Of a stretch of 64,000 nucleotides of DNA, positions 49,777 through 60,240 are shown in pieces. Source of the DNA: Alphaproteobacteria bacterium (GTDB lineage Bacteria; Pseudomonadota; Alphaproteobacteria; MPNO01; UBA830). Each line of letters begins with the position of its first letter. The stretch's first letter is position 1. The translations under genes and the position numbers were made by a program. The notes under the pieces are model-generated. The model saw nothing but the letters and a program-made list of their open reading frames with translations. It searched no databases and was not told where the DNA came from. Location of the stretch: positions 3,808,001 through 3,872,000 of the forward strand of contig OZ251539.1 in assembly GCA_965243135.1 (NCBI GenBank). Reading direction: 5' to 3'.

Positions 49777-50772
49777 ATGATCACGCTCGAAGCCGACAGG
49801 CTGGAATTCCGTTTTCCGGAGGTTCACGAGGACGCGCGTTGCGTCATCGAATTTCAGCGCACGCTGCGCATTCCCGACGACGGCGGAACTTATCCGTTGC
49901 CGCCGGGCCTGGGGAGGTTCCCGTTGCGGCATCTGGACGACCATGCGGAGAGGCTGCCGGAGGACTGGCTGCGCCGCGGCGGAGTGATCGCTCCCATGCA
50001 CCAGGCGGAGGCGCTTTGGATCAACTTCAGCTCTTACGATTACCCGTGCGCGGTGAAGATCGCGACCGGCAAGATATGCGCGGTGACGGGCGACAACTGG
50101 ATCGATCACCTGAACGGCGATCCCCAGGACTACGTCGTCGTCCCCGAACAGCCGTGGCTTGACGGTTACTGCGTCGAAAAGGGCGTGATCCGGCAGTTCG
50201 TCGCCATGCCGCTCGGCGAGGGCTACACGGCGGAAGAGCAATTGACGGGCGCTGCGCGGCACGGCGGATTGCAGCTTCTCGTATGTCCCATGAAGAGGGA
50301 ACGATACGAGGCGATAACGGAGGACAATGCGGTTTTTAGCGTCAAAGCGCTCTATTGTGCGTCGCCTGCCATGGGACTGGCGCCGGGCGGGCGCATGAAG
50401 CAGGAAATTTACGATGACCCTCACGGTCTGGACGCTTGGGATCAGCGCCAGGTCCGTCGCTGCTTCGTCACCATCGCCAATTCCGCTCAGTGGACGGATA
50501 TCACCGGCGAACGGCCGCCGACCGAACCGCCGACTGCGAAAAGCTACGCGGAGGCGGGGCTGCCGTGGTTCGACTATTACGGCGGCGACCTGAAAGTTCG
50601 TCCCGGAGCCGAAAAGCTCGCCGGACTCGCAAGCGTCGCGGAAACCGCGTCGAAAAAGGGCGACCCGCCGCCGGCCGGCAACGAATCGCTCGACGTGACC
50701 CTCGACGTGACCAAGGTGCTCCCGATTCGAGCGCCGGGCGCGAACCGCGTGAGGGAACCCGAACCGATCTGA
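49777..50772 (+). CDS. Conserved hypothetical protein
   Basis: FQRTLRIPDD..YPLPPGLG.FP, PMHQAEALWINF, QDYVV.P.QPWLDG, IRQFVAMPLG.GYT.E.Q, GLAPGG..KQ.IY.D, Y...GLPWF.YY; strong RBS. Confidence 0.75.
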   Translation: MITLEADRLEFRFPEVHEDARCVIEFQRTLRIPDDGGTYPLPPGLGRFPLRHLDDHAERLPEDWLRRGGVIAPMHQAEALWINFSSYDYPCAVKIATGKICAVTGDNWIDHLNGDPQDYVVVPEQPWLDGYCVEKGVIRQFVAMPLGEGYTAEEQLTGAARHGGLQLLVCPMKRERYEAITEDNAVFSVKALYCASPAMGLAPGGRMKQEIYDDPHGLDAWDQRQVRRCFVTIANSAQWTDITGERPPTEPPTAKSYAEAGLPWFDYYGGDLKVRPGAEKLAGLASVAETASKKGDPPPAGNESLDVTLDVTKVLPIRAPGANRVREPEPI

Positions 50773-50829
50773 GGCTTCAGCCTCGTTGCCGGCCTGAGCC
50801 GGCGCGCGCGGAGAACTGCGCACGCCGGC

Positions 50830-51768
50830 TCAGGCGGCCTCGCGGCCGTAGCGGTGAAGTTGCGTCCCGTGATCCCGCAGCCATTGACGGGAACCCTCGA
50901 ACCCGGGGCAAATTTTCCCGACCAGCGCCCAGAAACGGGGTCCGTGATTGAGTTCCCGGAGATGCGCCATCTCGTGGGCGATCACGTAGTCGAGAACGTG
51001 CTGGGGCCCGAGCACGAGACGCCAGCTGAGGCTGATGTTGCCCTCTCTCGAACAACTCCCCCAGCGCGAGCTCATATCCCGAAGGGTCACTTGCCGCGGC
51101 TTGCGGCCCACCCGGGTCGAGGCGGCGCGGATGCGCGGCTCGATTTCCCGGCACGCCTGATCGACGATCCAGTGGTGAACGCGGTCGGACAGCGTCTCCT
51201 CGCGGCCTCCGACGACAAGGATGTTTCCGTCGAGAACGGGCGGGGCGGATCTTCCTTGGTCGCGCCGGATCGTGACGGTTTCGCCGAGCAAGGGAAAGGT
51301 TGCGCCGTCCCTGAAAGGCGCCGGCCCGCCGACTTCAGCAAGCCGTCGCGAGATCCAGGCCGTCTGTCCGCGCGCGAACTTCATTCCCTCTTCGAGCGTC
51401 ATTCCCGGCGGCAGAACGAGTTCGAGCTCGCCGTCATGCGGACTTATGCGAAGCGCCACGCGGCGCGCGCGAGCGCTGCGGCGAGGCCGCACCGGGACGG
51501 TCCGTCCGTCGCGCAACGTGATCGACACCGCTGCGACGCCGCCGTTGTCGGGCGGCGCGGTTGCCGAATCGATCTGCCGAGCGATCCATTCCGCTTCGCG
51601 CTGCGCGAGGCGCATTCCTTCTTCCAGCGTCGCGCCGGGCGGCAACACGATCACGAGCGCGCCGCTGCGGCGATCCACGCGAAGCGAGATGCGCCGCGCC
51701 CTTCGACTGCGCCGCGCATGCGCGGGGACGGTTCGTCCGTCGGCCAGCGTAACTGTCTTTTCCCTCAA
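50830..51768 (-). CDS. M48/YgjP-like (DUF45) metallopeptidase with a duplicated N-terminal module
   Basis: SRWGSCS, LSWRL, DYVIAHEMAHL..NHGPRFW; TTG start overlapping the MFS stop. Confidence 0.82.
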   Translation of the reverse strand: MREKTVTLADGRTVPAHARRSRRARRISLRVDRRSGALVIVLPPGATLEEGMRLAQREAEWIARQIDSATAPPDNGGVAAVSITLRDGRTVPVRPRRSARARRVALRISPHDGELELVLPPGMTLEEGMKFARGQTAWISRRLAEVGGPAPFRDGATFPLLGETVTIRRDQGRSAPPVLDGNILVVGGREETLSDRVHHWIVDQACREIEPRIRAASTRVGRKPRQVTLRDMSSRWGSCSREGNISLSWRLVLGPQHVLDYVIAHEMAHLRELNHGPRFWALVGKICPGFEGSRQWLRDHGTQLHRYGREAA

Positions 51769-53165
51769 GTTCTCACTCCCGGTTGGAGTTGGTGCATTCG
51801 CATGACGCACAGGCTGCCGGCGAGCGCCATGGCCGCGCAGGCGCCGAAGACCCAGAACAGCGCGCTTCGGACGATCTCCGGTTCCATGCCGGCATCGAGT
51901 CCGGTCGCGTTGGCGATCAGCCCGGCCGCCGCGGCGCCGTAGGCAATGCCCACGGACCGCATCGCGGGCGCGGCCGAAGCGGTGATCTGCGCTTCCTCGG
52001 GGCCGGCGGCCGCCAACGCCCATGAAATCGCGTGCACGTTGGTCATGCCGACGCCGATTCCCGCGATCGCGGTCAGCGCGGTCAGCGTCCAGAGCGAGAC
52101 GCTCCCGACGGCGAAGGCGATCGCAAGGCAGGCCGCCGCCGTGATCGCGAGTCCGCTCGCGCAGACGACTCGCGTCCAGCGGTCGCCCCATCCTGCCGTT
52201 CCGACCGAACCCAGCGTCCAGCAGAGCGAGAACACCGCGGCGACGTATCCGATCCAGAGCGCGTCGAGGCCGTACAGGAAGCTGAGAGCGAGCGGCAAAA
52301 ATATGGTGAGCGGCGTATGGCAGGCGGAGAGCAGCAAAAACACCCAGTACGCCGTGCCGATCGGCGCGTACAACGAGAGAACGCGGCTCGGGAACAGTGC
52401 GCCGTCGCGTCCCCGGCCGTCCAGTCTCAGGGTCTGCCACAAGCAAAAGACGCCCGCTGCGACCAGCGCGACCCGCAAGGGAAGCGCGTGAAGTTGCCCG
52501 GAGACGCCGACCAGGAGAACCGAAAGACCCAGAAGCGCCAGCCGGCGGACCGGCAGTCGATGGCGGTTTCCCGGCCGTTCCTGCGGTACGACGCACGCGG
52601 CGGCGACAATGAACAGCGTCGTGAGAACGCATGTGGTCACGAAGGCTCCGCGCCACCAGCCGAAGGCGCCCCAGATGCCTCCGATCAGCGGTCCGGCGAT
52701 CGACGCGACGCTCCATGTCGTCGTGATCGTCGCAAGAATCCGCGTTCTCAGGCGTCCCGAATACAGATCGGCGACCAGCGTCATGGACTGCGAGATCAGC
52801 AGCCCTCCGCCGACTCCTTCGACCGTTCGGAAGGCGAGGAGAAAGGCCATCTCCGGCGCGGCCGCGCATCCGGCCGCGCCGGCGAGAAAGATTGCGCCGC
52901 CCGCAACGTAGCCCCCTCGGCGGCCGAGGAGAGAGCGTACGTAACGGCCGCTGGCGGCTCCGACGATGGTGCCCACCATGTACAGCATCGTCGTCCAAGC
53001 GTAGAACTCGACGTTGCCGAGGTCTTCCACGACGACCGGCATGATGGTCACGATGACGAAGATGTCGATCGCGTGCACTCCGATGCCGAGGTTGAGCAAC
53101 AGGGTGTGAACCCCGCGTACGCCCCGGAACAGTTCGGACCAGCTGTCAGGTGCCTCTTCCTTCAT
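51765..53165 (-). CDS. MFS transporter
   Basis: 12-14 TM pattern, YAWTTMLY, R..EG.GGG, GPLIGG. Confidence 0.88.
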   Translation of the reverse strand: MKEEAPDSWSELFRGVRGVHTLLLNLGIGVHAIDIFVIVTIMPVVVEDLGNVEFYAWTTMLYMVGTIVGAASGRYVRSLLGRRGGYVAGGAIFLAGAAGCAAAPEMAFLLAFRTVEGVGGGLLISQSMTLVADLYSGRLRTRILATITTTWSVASIAGPLIGGIWGAFGWWRGAFVTTCVLTTLFIVAAACVVPQERPGNRHRLPVRRLALLGLSVLLVGVSGQLHALPLRVALVAAGVFCLWQTLRLDGRGRDGALFPSRVLSLYAPIGTAYWVFLLLSACHTPLTIFLPLALSFLYGLDALWIGYVAAVFSLCWTLGSVGTAGWGDRWTRVVCASGLAITAAACLAIAFAVGSVSLWTLTALTAIAGIGVGMTNVHAISWALAAAGPEEAQITASAAPAMRSVGIAYGAAAAGLIANATGLDAGMEPEIVRSALFWVFGACAAMALAGSLCVMRMHQLQPGVRT

Positions 53166-53243
53166 GGATCGGTTATAGGAGCGTGGGAAGAGAATCGTTA
53201 GCTTTGCGCCGGGCAGGCCTGCCCGGAACTTGAGGAGTGCGAG

Positions 53244-54251
53244 ATGGTGCGGCTCAGCGTTCTCGACCAAAGCCCGATAAGAGCCGGCTGCGCGCCTGCC
53301 GACGCTTTGCGGGAAACGCTCGAACTCGCGAACTTTTGCGACCGGATGGGCTATCATCGCTACTGGCTCGCCGAGCACCATTCCACGGGAGGGCTTGCGG
53401 GATCGGCCCCCGAAATCATGATCGGGCAAGTCGCGCAGCGGACGCGCAATCTGCGGGTCGGTTCGGGCGGCGTGATGCTGAACCATTATTCGTCGCTCAA
53501 GGTGGCCGAAGCGTTCCGCGTGCTCGAAGCCCTATTTCCCGGACGCATCGATTGCGGGATCGGTCGCGCGCCCGGTTCCGACGGCCTGACGGCGAACGCG
53601 CTGGCGCACGGTCCGGGAGCGCTGGGCATCGAGCATTTTCCCGCCCAAATCCAGGACCTTCGTGCGTGGCTGACCGGCGAGATGCCGGAAGACCATCCGT
53701 TTCGCCAGGTCGAGGCCATGCCGACCGGCGCGACGGCTCCCGAACTCTGGCTGCTCGGCTCGAGCGATCAGTCGGCGGCCTACGCCGCATGGTTCGGCTG
53801 CGCGTTTTCGTTCGCCCATTTCATCAACGCGCGCGGCGGCGAGCAGGTGATGGAAGCCTATCGCCAGCATTTCCGCCCGTCTCCCCAATTCGCGCGGCCG
53901 ACCGGATCGATCGGCGTCTTCGTCATCTGCGCCGATACCGAAGAGGAGGCGATGAACCTCCGCTGGAGCCGCGATCTGTGGCTTCTGCGCCTCTACGCCG
54001 GGCGAACGTCGCCGGTGCCGACCGTCGACGAAGCGAAAAACTACCCGTACAGCGAACGCGAGAAGGCGATCGTCCTTCACAACCGCCGGCGCACGGTCGC
54101 AGGCGACCCGGAACAGGTGCGGGAAACCATCGTTTCGCTGGGCGAGGCGTACGGCATCGACGAGTTCGTCGTCGTCACGATCTGCGACAGGTTCGAGGCG
54201 CGCCTCAGATCGTACGAACTGCTGGCCGACGCCTTCGCCTTGGCGCCTTGA
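53244..54251 (+). CDS. Luciferase-like (LLM) flavin-dependent monooxygenase
   Basis: LSVLDQSPI, GYHRYWLAEHH, RVGSGGVML.HYS, PGRID.GIGRAPG. Confidence 0.92.
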   Translation: MVRLSVLDQSPIRAGCAPADALRETLELANFCDRMGYHRYWLAEHHSTGGLAGSAPEIMIGQVAQRTRNLRVGSGGVMLNHYSSLKVAEAFRVLEALFPGRIDCGIGRAPGSDGLTANALAHGPGALGIEHFPAQIQDLRAWLTGEMPEDHPFRQVEAMPTGATAPELWLLGSSDQSAAYAAWFGCAFSFAHFINARGGEQVMEAYRQHFRPSPQFARPTGSIGVFVICADTEEEAMNLRWSRDLWLLRLYAGRTSPVPTVDEAKNYPYSEREKAIVLHNRRRTVAGDPEQVRETIVSLGEAYGIDEFVVVTICDRFEARLRSYELLADAFALAP

Positions 54252-54317
54252 ACGCGGCCGTGCGGGCTTTCGTTGCCGCCCGCAAGGGCGTATCTAGTTA
54301 CCGAAAGGAAGGGTGAC

Positions 54318-54794
54318 ATGGAAGAAAACCTTATTTTCGCCGCCGTAATCGGCGTCACCGTCTATCTTTTCGTGCGCCGCATCCGGCTTCTGAAGGAGCA
54401 AAGGCGCGGGGGGCCCGTCGAACTGGACGACGCGGCGAGCATGCCCCGGCTGGGCAATCCGGGCACGATTACCCGCGAGCAGATGAGGTTGCTGAAGGAG
54501 AACCATTTCCAGCCGTCGCGCCTCTGGAGCCGGGAAGAAGCGCAGCTCGTTCTGGACGCGGTGATCTATCTCAGAGCCGTGATCCACGAAACCACGGGGG
54601 ACGGGGATCCGCCGACGGAAATCCAGAATGAACTGCTCAAGCTCATCCTTACCGACGAGCATTTGCGCGACTACGTCCTCGAATGGGGACTCAATCGAAC
54701 GCACGACGACATGGAAGCCGAATGGCCGACGCTCAATCGAGACGCCGCGTTCGCCGCGGTGGAGAAAGCCGTCATGGAACTGTGGGAAGATTGA
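54318..54794 (+). CDS. Hypothetical protein with an N-terminal membrane anchor
   Basis: [17 protein letters not shown] segment; RBS; coupled to queA. Confidence 0.7.
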   Translation: MEENLIFAAVIGVTVYLFVRRIRLLKEQRRGGPVELDDAASMPRLGNPGTITREQMRLLKENHFQPSRLWSREEAQLVLDAVIYLRAVIHETTGDGDPPTEIQNELLKLILTDEHLRDYVLEWGLNRTHDDMEAEWPTLNRDAAFAAVEKAVMELWED

Positions 54795-55831
54795 GAGCGG
54801 ACGCGGCGCGAACCGACGCCTTCGATTTCCACCTGCCCCGCGACCGGATCGCGGCGCAACCCGCCCGCCCGCGCGACGCCGCGCGCATGCTCGAAGTCGG
54901 CGATCGTCTCGTCGACCGCTCGGTGCGCGACCTGCCGGCGCTCCTGCGGCCCGGCGACGTCGTCGTGCTCAACGACACGCGCGTGATTCCCGCGCGATTG
55001 CGCGGAACGCGCCGCGGCGCGAAGGTGGAGGTGACTTTGCACCGAGCGGAGGCCGACGGCCGGTGGCGGGCGTTCGCCCGGCCGGCCCGAAGGCTTCGCG
55101 AAGGCGACGCCGTGGAATTCGCCGACGGGTTCCGGGGGCGCGTGACGGCGAGGGACGGCGGGGAGGTCACGCTCGCCTTCGACCGGCCGGACAGCCTGTT
55201 CGCCGATCTCGAGCGGCACGGCGAATTGCCCTTGCCGCCCTATCTGTCGCGGCCGGCGAACGCTGCCGACGCGGCTGACTACCAGACGGTCTACGCCGTT
55301 CGCGACGGCGCCGTGGCGGCGCCTACGGCCGGGCTGCACTTTACCGAAGCGCTGCTGGAAGGCGTGCGCGCCGCCGGCGCGGCCGTCGCGAAGGTTACGC
55401 TGCATGTCGGGGCGGGCACGTTTCTGCCGGTAACGGCCGAGCGCGTGGCCGATCACCGGATGCACGGCGAATGGGGCGAGATCGACGCGGCGGCGGCCGA
55501 AGCGGTCGCCGCCGCGCGCGCCGACGGCGGCCGCGTGGTGTCCGTCGGCACGACGCCGTTGAGGCTGCTCGAAACCGCGGCCGCCGAGGACGGCGCGGTC
55601 CGCCCCTTCCGGGGCGAAACCGACCTGTTCATCACGCCCGGCTATCGGTTCAGAGCGGTCGACAAGCTGATGACGAACTTTCATCTGCCGCGCTCGACGC
55701 TGTTCATGCTGGTGGCCGCGTTCGCTGGACTGGAACGGATGAAGGCGGCCTATTCGCACGCGATCGCGGCGGGCTACCGGTTCTATTCCTACGGCGATTC
55801 TTCCTTCCTCCATCGATTCGACGCCTCGTGA
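54791..55831 (+). CDS. queA: S-adenosylmethionine:tRNA ribosyltransferase-isomerase
   Basis: [58 protein letters not shown]. Confidence 0.96.
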   Translation: MRADAARTDAFDFHLPRDRIAAQPARPRDAARMLEVGDRLVDRSVRDLPALLRPGDVVVLNDTRVIPARLRGTRRGAKVEVTLHRAEADGRWRAFARPARRLREGDAVEFADGFRGRVTARDGGEVTLAFDRPDSLFADLERHGELPLPPYLSRPANAADAADYQTVYAVRDGAVAAPTAGLHFTEALLEGVRAAGAAVAKVTLHVGAGTFLPVTAERVADHRMHGEWGEIDAAAAEAVAAARADGGRVVSVGTTPLRLLETAAAEDGAVRPFRGETDLFITPGYRFRAVDKLMTNFHLPRSTLFMLVAAFAGLERMKAAYSHAIAAGYRFYSYGDSSFLHRFDAS

Positions 55832-56955
55832 CCGCATTCCGTTTCGAGCTGCTGAAGACGGACGGCGACGCCCGCCGAGGACGGTTGACCACCGCGCACG
55901 GCGTCGTCGACACGCCGGTCTTCATGCCGGTGGGCACTGCCGGAACCGTCAAGGGAATGACGTCCGAAGCGTTGGCCCGCACGGGCGCGCGGATCGTGCT
56001 CGGCAATACCTACCATCTCATGTTGCGTCCGGGAGCCGAGGTCGTCGCCGCATTGGGAGGGCTGCGCGCCTTCATGGATTGGGATGGTCCGGTGCTCACC
56101 GATTCCGGCGGGTTTCAGGTGATGTCGCTGGCCGGCCTGCGCGAGTTGAGCGAAAAAGGCGTTTCCTTCCGTTCGCATCTCGACGGCGCCCGGCATTCGC
56201 TGACCCCGGAGCGGTCGGTCGAAATCCAGAGGCTGCTCGACGCGACGGTCACGATGGTTCTCGACGAATGCACGCCCTGCGGCGTCGACGAGAGAACCGC
56301 GGCGGAGTCCATGCACCTGTCGATGCGCTGGGCGCGGCGTTGCCGCGACGCTTTCGCCGCCCGCGAGGGCTACGGGCTTTTCGGGATCGCGCAGGGCAGC
56401 GTCTATCGGGATCTGCGGCTGGAGTCCGCGGCGGCGCTTTCGGAACTCGGTTTCGACGGCTACGCCGTCGGAGGGCTCGCCGTGGGGGAGGGGCAAACGC
56501 GGATGTTCGACGTTCTGGATTGCACCGCGCCGGCCCTGCCGACGAACCGTCCGCGCTATCTGATGGGCGTCGGCGCGCCGGCCGATATCGTGGGCGCAGT
56601 GCAACGGGGAATCGACATGTTCGACTGCGTGCTGCCCACCCGGTCCGGGCGGACCGGACGCGCCTTCACGCGCCGCGGCGCGATCAATATCCGCAATTCG
56701 CGCCATGCCGCGGATCCGCGGCCGCTGGATCCCGGCAGCGGCTATCCGAACGTCGGCGGAGTCAGCCGGGCTTATCTGCACCACCTTTTCAAGGCGGGCG
56801 AGATGCTCGGCCCGATTCTGCTGACCATGCACAACCTGCACTACTACCAGGAACTGATGCGCGGTCTGCGCGAAGCCGTGGAGGCAGGCTCTCTGGCGGC
56901 GTTCGCCCGGGAGTTCCATGCGCAACAGGCCGCGGGCGATCTCGAACCTTTATGA
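55828..56955 (+). CDS. tgt: tRNA-guanine transglycosylase
   Basis: [53 protein letters not shown]. Confidence 0.96.
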   Translation: MTAFRFELLKTDGDARRGRLTTAHGVVDTPVFMPVGTAGTVKGMTSEALARTGARIVLGNTYHLMLRPGAEVVAALGGLRAFMDWDGPVLTDSGGFQVMSLAGLRELSEKGVSFRSHLDGARHSLTPERSVEIQRLLDATVTMVLDECTPCGVDERTAAESMHLSMRWARRCRDAFAAREGYGLFGIAQGSVYRDLRLESAAALSELGFDGYAVGGLAVGEGQTRMFDVLDCTAPALPTNRPRYLMGVGAPADIVGAVQRGIDMFDCVLPTRSGRTGRAFTRRGAINIRNSRHAADPRPLDPGSGYPNVGGVSRAYLHHLFKAGEMLGPILLTMHNLHYYQELMRGLREAVEAGSLAAFAREFHAQQAAGDLEPL

Positions 56956-57292
56956 TCCCGGTCGCGGACAAGTTCGGCCCGGCGTTACCGGAAGCGTTCC
57001 GTTCGCGCGAAAGAAAACGAGGGCGCTGCGGCCTCCGGCGTACGGGAACGCCGCGTTCCGTCCAGACGGAGTTTTCCGCGACGCGTGCGGGGTTTTCCTG
57101 TTTCCGGGTTCGGAGAACGGCGGGGCATGCCCGGGGGACGAACGGTCGCACGACGCGCGCTTTCTTTCCCGCCCGAGCGGATGAACCTCTTTCGCCCGGC
57201 AAGCATTCTGCGGCTTCTTCAAGGCTGTCCAAAAAATGATAAGTTCGGTCGCGCGCTCGGCGCAGAGACGCGAACCCTTCCTTCAGGAAAGC

Positions 57293-58813
57293 ATGGCTGA
57301 CTATTTTTTCGAGTGGCTGGCGCGCAACGCCCGCGACGTTCCCGACAAGCCGGCGATCCGTTCGCTCGATCAGGGGACGGAGATCACGCACGGAGAGTTG
57401 TTTCGCGTTTCCAACCGCATCGGACGCCACTACGCCGCGCTCGGCATCGGACGCAACGACCGCGTGGCCCTTCTCTCGAACAACTCGATCGAGCACATGA
57501 TCGTCTATCTTTCTTCTCTGGCCTACGGATGCACCATCTGCACCATTCACGTGGAGATGAATGCGGCCTATCTCGGGGAGATGCTCGAGAGCGTCGGGGC
57601 GAAGCTCGTCCTGTGCGAGGACGGCCTGCCGGAGCTGGAGGCGGCGGGGGTGTCCGGGCGGCCGCTGGGAAGGTGGGAGATCGTCGGCGGAACCGGGCTG
57701 TTCGACGAACTCGACGATCACCCCGACACGCCGGGAGAGCGCCCCGCCATTCGGCGGAGCGACGATGCGTCGATCTTCTACACCTCCGGCACCGCGACCC
57801 GACCGAAGGGCGTCGTCTGCAGCCTCGCCGAGCTTTACGACAACACGCTGCCCACCGCGGACGCGTTCGGCATGACGGCCGACGACCGGGTGCTCGATTA
57901 CCGCTCCATGAACTGGATGTCGGCGCAGGTGCTGTCGGCGCTCTCCCCTGTCGCGAAGGGCGCGACCCTGCTGCTCGCCCGGAAGTTTTCCGCCAGCCGC
58001 TTTTTCGATTGGGTAAACGACAACGGGGCGACGATCGCGGCGGGCAATCCCACGATTCTGAACATGTTGGCGAACCGGGAAGCGGCGCGGGGCAGAAACG
58101 CGGCGCCGACCTTGCGCTTCATCACGTCGAGCTCCGCGCCGCTGCTGATGTCCGAGTGGCGAAGGTTCGAGGAGACGTTCGGGATCCCGATCTGCCAGGG
58201 CTACGGCACCAGCGAAACGGGATGGATCGCGGGCAGCTTCGAAGCGACCCGCAAGCCGGGCTCGGTCGGCAGGCCGCATCCCTACCAGAAACTTCGGATC
58301 GTCGATGCCGACGGCAAGCCGCTGCTCGCCGACGAGATCGGCGCCATCCAGGTCAACGGCAATCCGGCCGGCCGCTATCGGTACCTCGACGTCGACGGAT
58401 CGGTGCGCGTCAACTCGGAAGGCGGGGTCCTCACCGGCGATCTGGGATTCGTCGATTCCGACGGCTTCCTGTTCGTGACCGGACGCGAGAAGGATTTGAT
58501 CATCCGCGGAGGGGTGAACATTTCGCCGCTCGAGATCGACAACGTCGTCCTTCAGATGCCCGGGGTCGCCGACGTCGCCACCGTCGGCGTTCCCGACGAC
58601 GTCTACGGCGAGCAGGTCGTCGTCTACGTCGCTCCGCGCGAGGGCGTGCGCGTGGACGCGGATTCGGTGCGGGATCACTGCGCCCGCCATCTTGCGGAGT
58701 TCAAGATGCCCGGCGCGATCGTCTTTCGCGACGACCTGCCCAAGACGGCCCGCGGCAAGATGGATCGCAAGGCGCTTGCCGGAGAATGGACCGCCGCGCA
58801 CGCTGTCGGCTGA
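57293..58813 (+). CDS. Class I adenylate-forming enzyme (acyl-CoA synthetase)
   Basis: YTSGTATRPKGV, YGTSE, TGDLG..D.DG, GREKDLIIRGG.NI, LPKT..GK. Confidence 0.92.
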   Translation: MADYFFEWLARNARDVPDKPAIRSLDQGTEITHGELFRVSNRIGRHYAALGIGRNDRVALLSNNSIEHMIVYLSSLAYGCTICTIHVEMNAAYLGEMLESVGAKLVLCEDGLPELEAAGVSGRPLGRWEIVGGTGLFDELDDHPDTPGERPAIRRSDDASIFYTSGTATRPKGVVCSLAELYDNTLPTADAFGMTADDRVLDYRSMNWMSAQVLSALSPVAKGATLLLARKFSASRFFDWVNDNGATIAAGNPTILNMLANREAARGRNAAPTLRFITSSSAPLLMSEWRRFEETFGIPICQGYGTSETGWIAGSFEATRKPGSVGRPHPYQKLRIVDADGKPLLADEIGAIQVNGNPAGRYRYLDVDGSVRVNSEGGVLTGDLGFVDSDGFLFVTGREKDLIIRGGVNISPLEIDNVVLQMPGVADVATVGVPDDVYGEQVVVYVAPREGVRVDADSVRDHCARHLAEFKMPGAIVFRDDLPKTARGKMDRKALAGEWTAAHAVG

Positions 58814-58929
58814 AAGCCGGATTGTCGGACGAGCCGTCCGACCTCCTGCGGCGGGTCGCCGTTTGCGCGGCGTGTTGCTCAAGCGCAACAGGTTCTTGTT
58901 TTTTTGATATACGCATTATGTCATTTGCC

Positions 58930-59235
58930 ATCTCTCTATCACCATGATAGGCAAATGGTGATGATGAGTTCTCAGGGAGCGGTGTCGCGTCAGGCTGTGC
59001 CGGCCCGTGGCCTCCGGGCCGGGCAACGAATACTGTCCGACGGCGAGCGTCCAATGAGGCGTTCAGCATTCATTGGACGAAGCACGCCAAGGGGATTGTG
59101 CAAATACAAGATGGAATGCACGACGCCGAACTCGGACAACAAAACTGTAAGGGTTGTGGTCAGACCGCCGCCATCGGCGAACGAAGCGAAGATTGTCTCG
59201 GTGGGTAAATCAACCCTCTGGTTGGATAATATTGA
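58930..59235 (+). pseudogene. Probable degraded DUF4258-like toxin
   Basis: KYKMECTTPNSDNKTVRVVV..KIVSV fragment directly upstream of an MqsA-like gene. Confidence 0.4.
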
Positions 59236-59255
59236 CAGAATGATGGAGCACCACC

Positions 59256-59717
59256 ATGCAGGGACGAGAGCTGGACGCGTATCGGTACACCGAATGCGGT
59301 CTGGACAACGTGTACATTCAAGGGTTCGATCCTGTCGTTGACGATCAGGGGGAAGAAGTTTTCCATATTCCCAACGTGAATGGCCTGCACAAGCTGATCG
59401 CGCACGGCATTGTGCATTGCGATGCCGCAATGTCGGGGCGGGAACTGCGCTTCCTTCGGACCGAAATGGGTCTTACCCAAGCCCAATTGGCCAAGCATGT
59501 CCATCGCGATACGCAGACGGTTGCGCGATGGGAGAAAGGTCAGACTCCCGTTCTGGAAGCGGCCGAGGTGATCATTCGCGTACTTGCGGTCGAGAAGCTC
59601 GGTTTGGAGGTCTACACTTCGATCGAAGACATTGCCGCCAAGTGCGTGCCGAGTGCGATCGTCAATTGCATTCGTATCGACGGCAGCAATGCCGGCGAAT
59701 ACAGATTGGCCGCATAA
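59256..59717 (+). CDS. MqsA-like HTH antitoxin/regulator
   Basis: YRYTECGLDNVYI, ELRFLRTEMGLTQAQLA..TVARWEKG. Confidence 0.75.
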   Translation: MQGRELDAYRYTECGLDNVYIQGFDPVVDDQGEEVFHIPNVNGLHKLIAHGIVHCDAAMSGRELRFLRTEMGLTQAQLAKHVHRDTQTVARWEKGQTPVLEAAEVIIRVLAVEKLGLEVYTSIEDIAAKCVPSAIVNCIRIDGSNAGEYRLAA

Positions 59718-59820
59718 TGCCGCGCCGCTTTCGGCGTTAGGCTGCTTCTGCGTTGCCCGCACGGCAGAATTGCAGGGTGGAGCGCCGAGTGCGAGTTCAG
59801 CGAACGTCGACCCTTTGCGC

Positions 59821-60110
59821 TCAGTGCATGACCATGCCGCCATCCACGACGATAGCCTGCCCCGTCACGAAATCCGAATCGGGCGAGACGAGGTAGATCG
59901 GCGCGCCGATCAGGTCGTCGAGCGCCTGTTCACGGCGCATGGAGCGTCCCGTCAGACTCAGGTTAACGTAGAATTCCAGCTTTTCGCGTTGCGCCTCGAT
60001 CCTGTCGCTCATGGTGAAACCCGGCGCGATCATGTTGACCCGGATGCCGGAGGCACCCAGTTCGCCCGGAGTTCACCGTGCGGCACCGGGGCAGCCGGAT
60101 AATTCGTTTC
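59821..60110 (-). pseudogene. SDR oxidoreductase C-terminal fragment
   Basis: ELG..GIRVNMIAPG, DDLIGAPIYLVSPDSDFVTGQAIVVDGG; no N-terminus. Confidence 0.7.
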
Positions 60111-60240
60111 CGTACCGAAGTCGCCCGCCTGCACAACCTTGCGGGCTTGTCGACGGGCCCCAGCCGATAAAGAACGGCACGGCGCAAACGTCTTGAGGTC
60201 TGAAATTAATTGACCGTTTCCGCTGCAGCGGCCTATTCTA

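Noticed and set aside
50830-52998. 722-aa M48 peptidase fusion
   Set aside because: The upstream part is an alternate frame of the MFS gene; start assigned at 51768.
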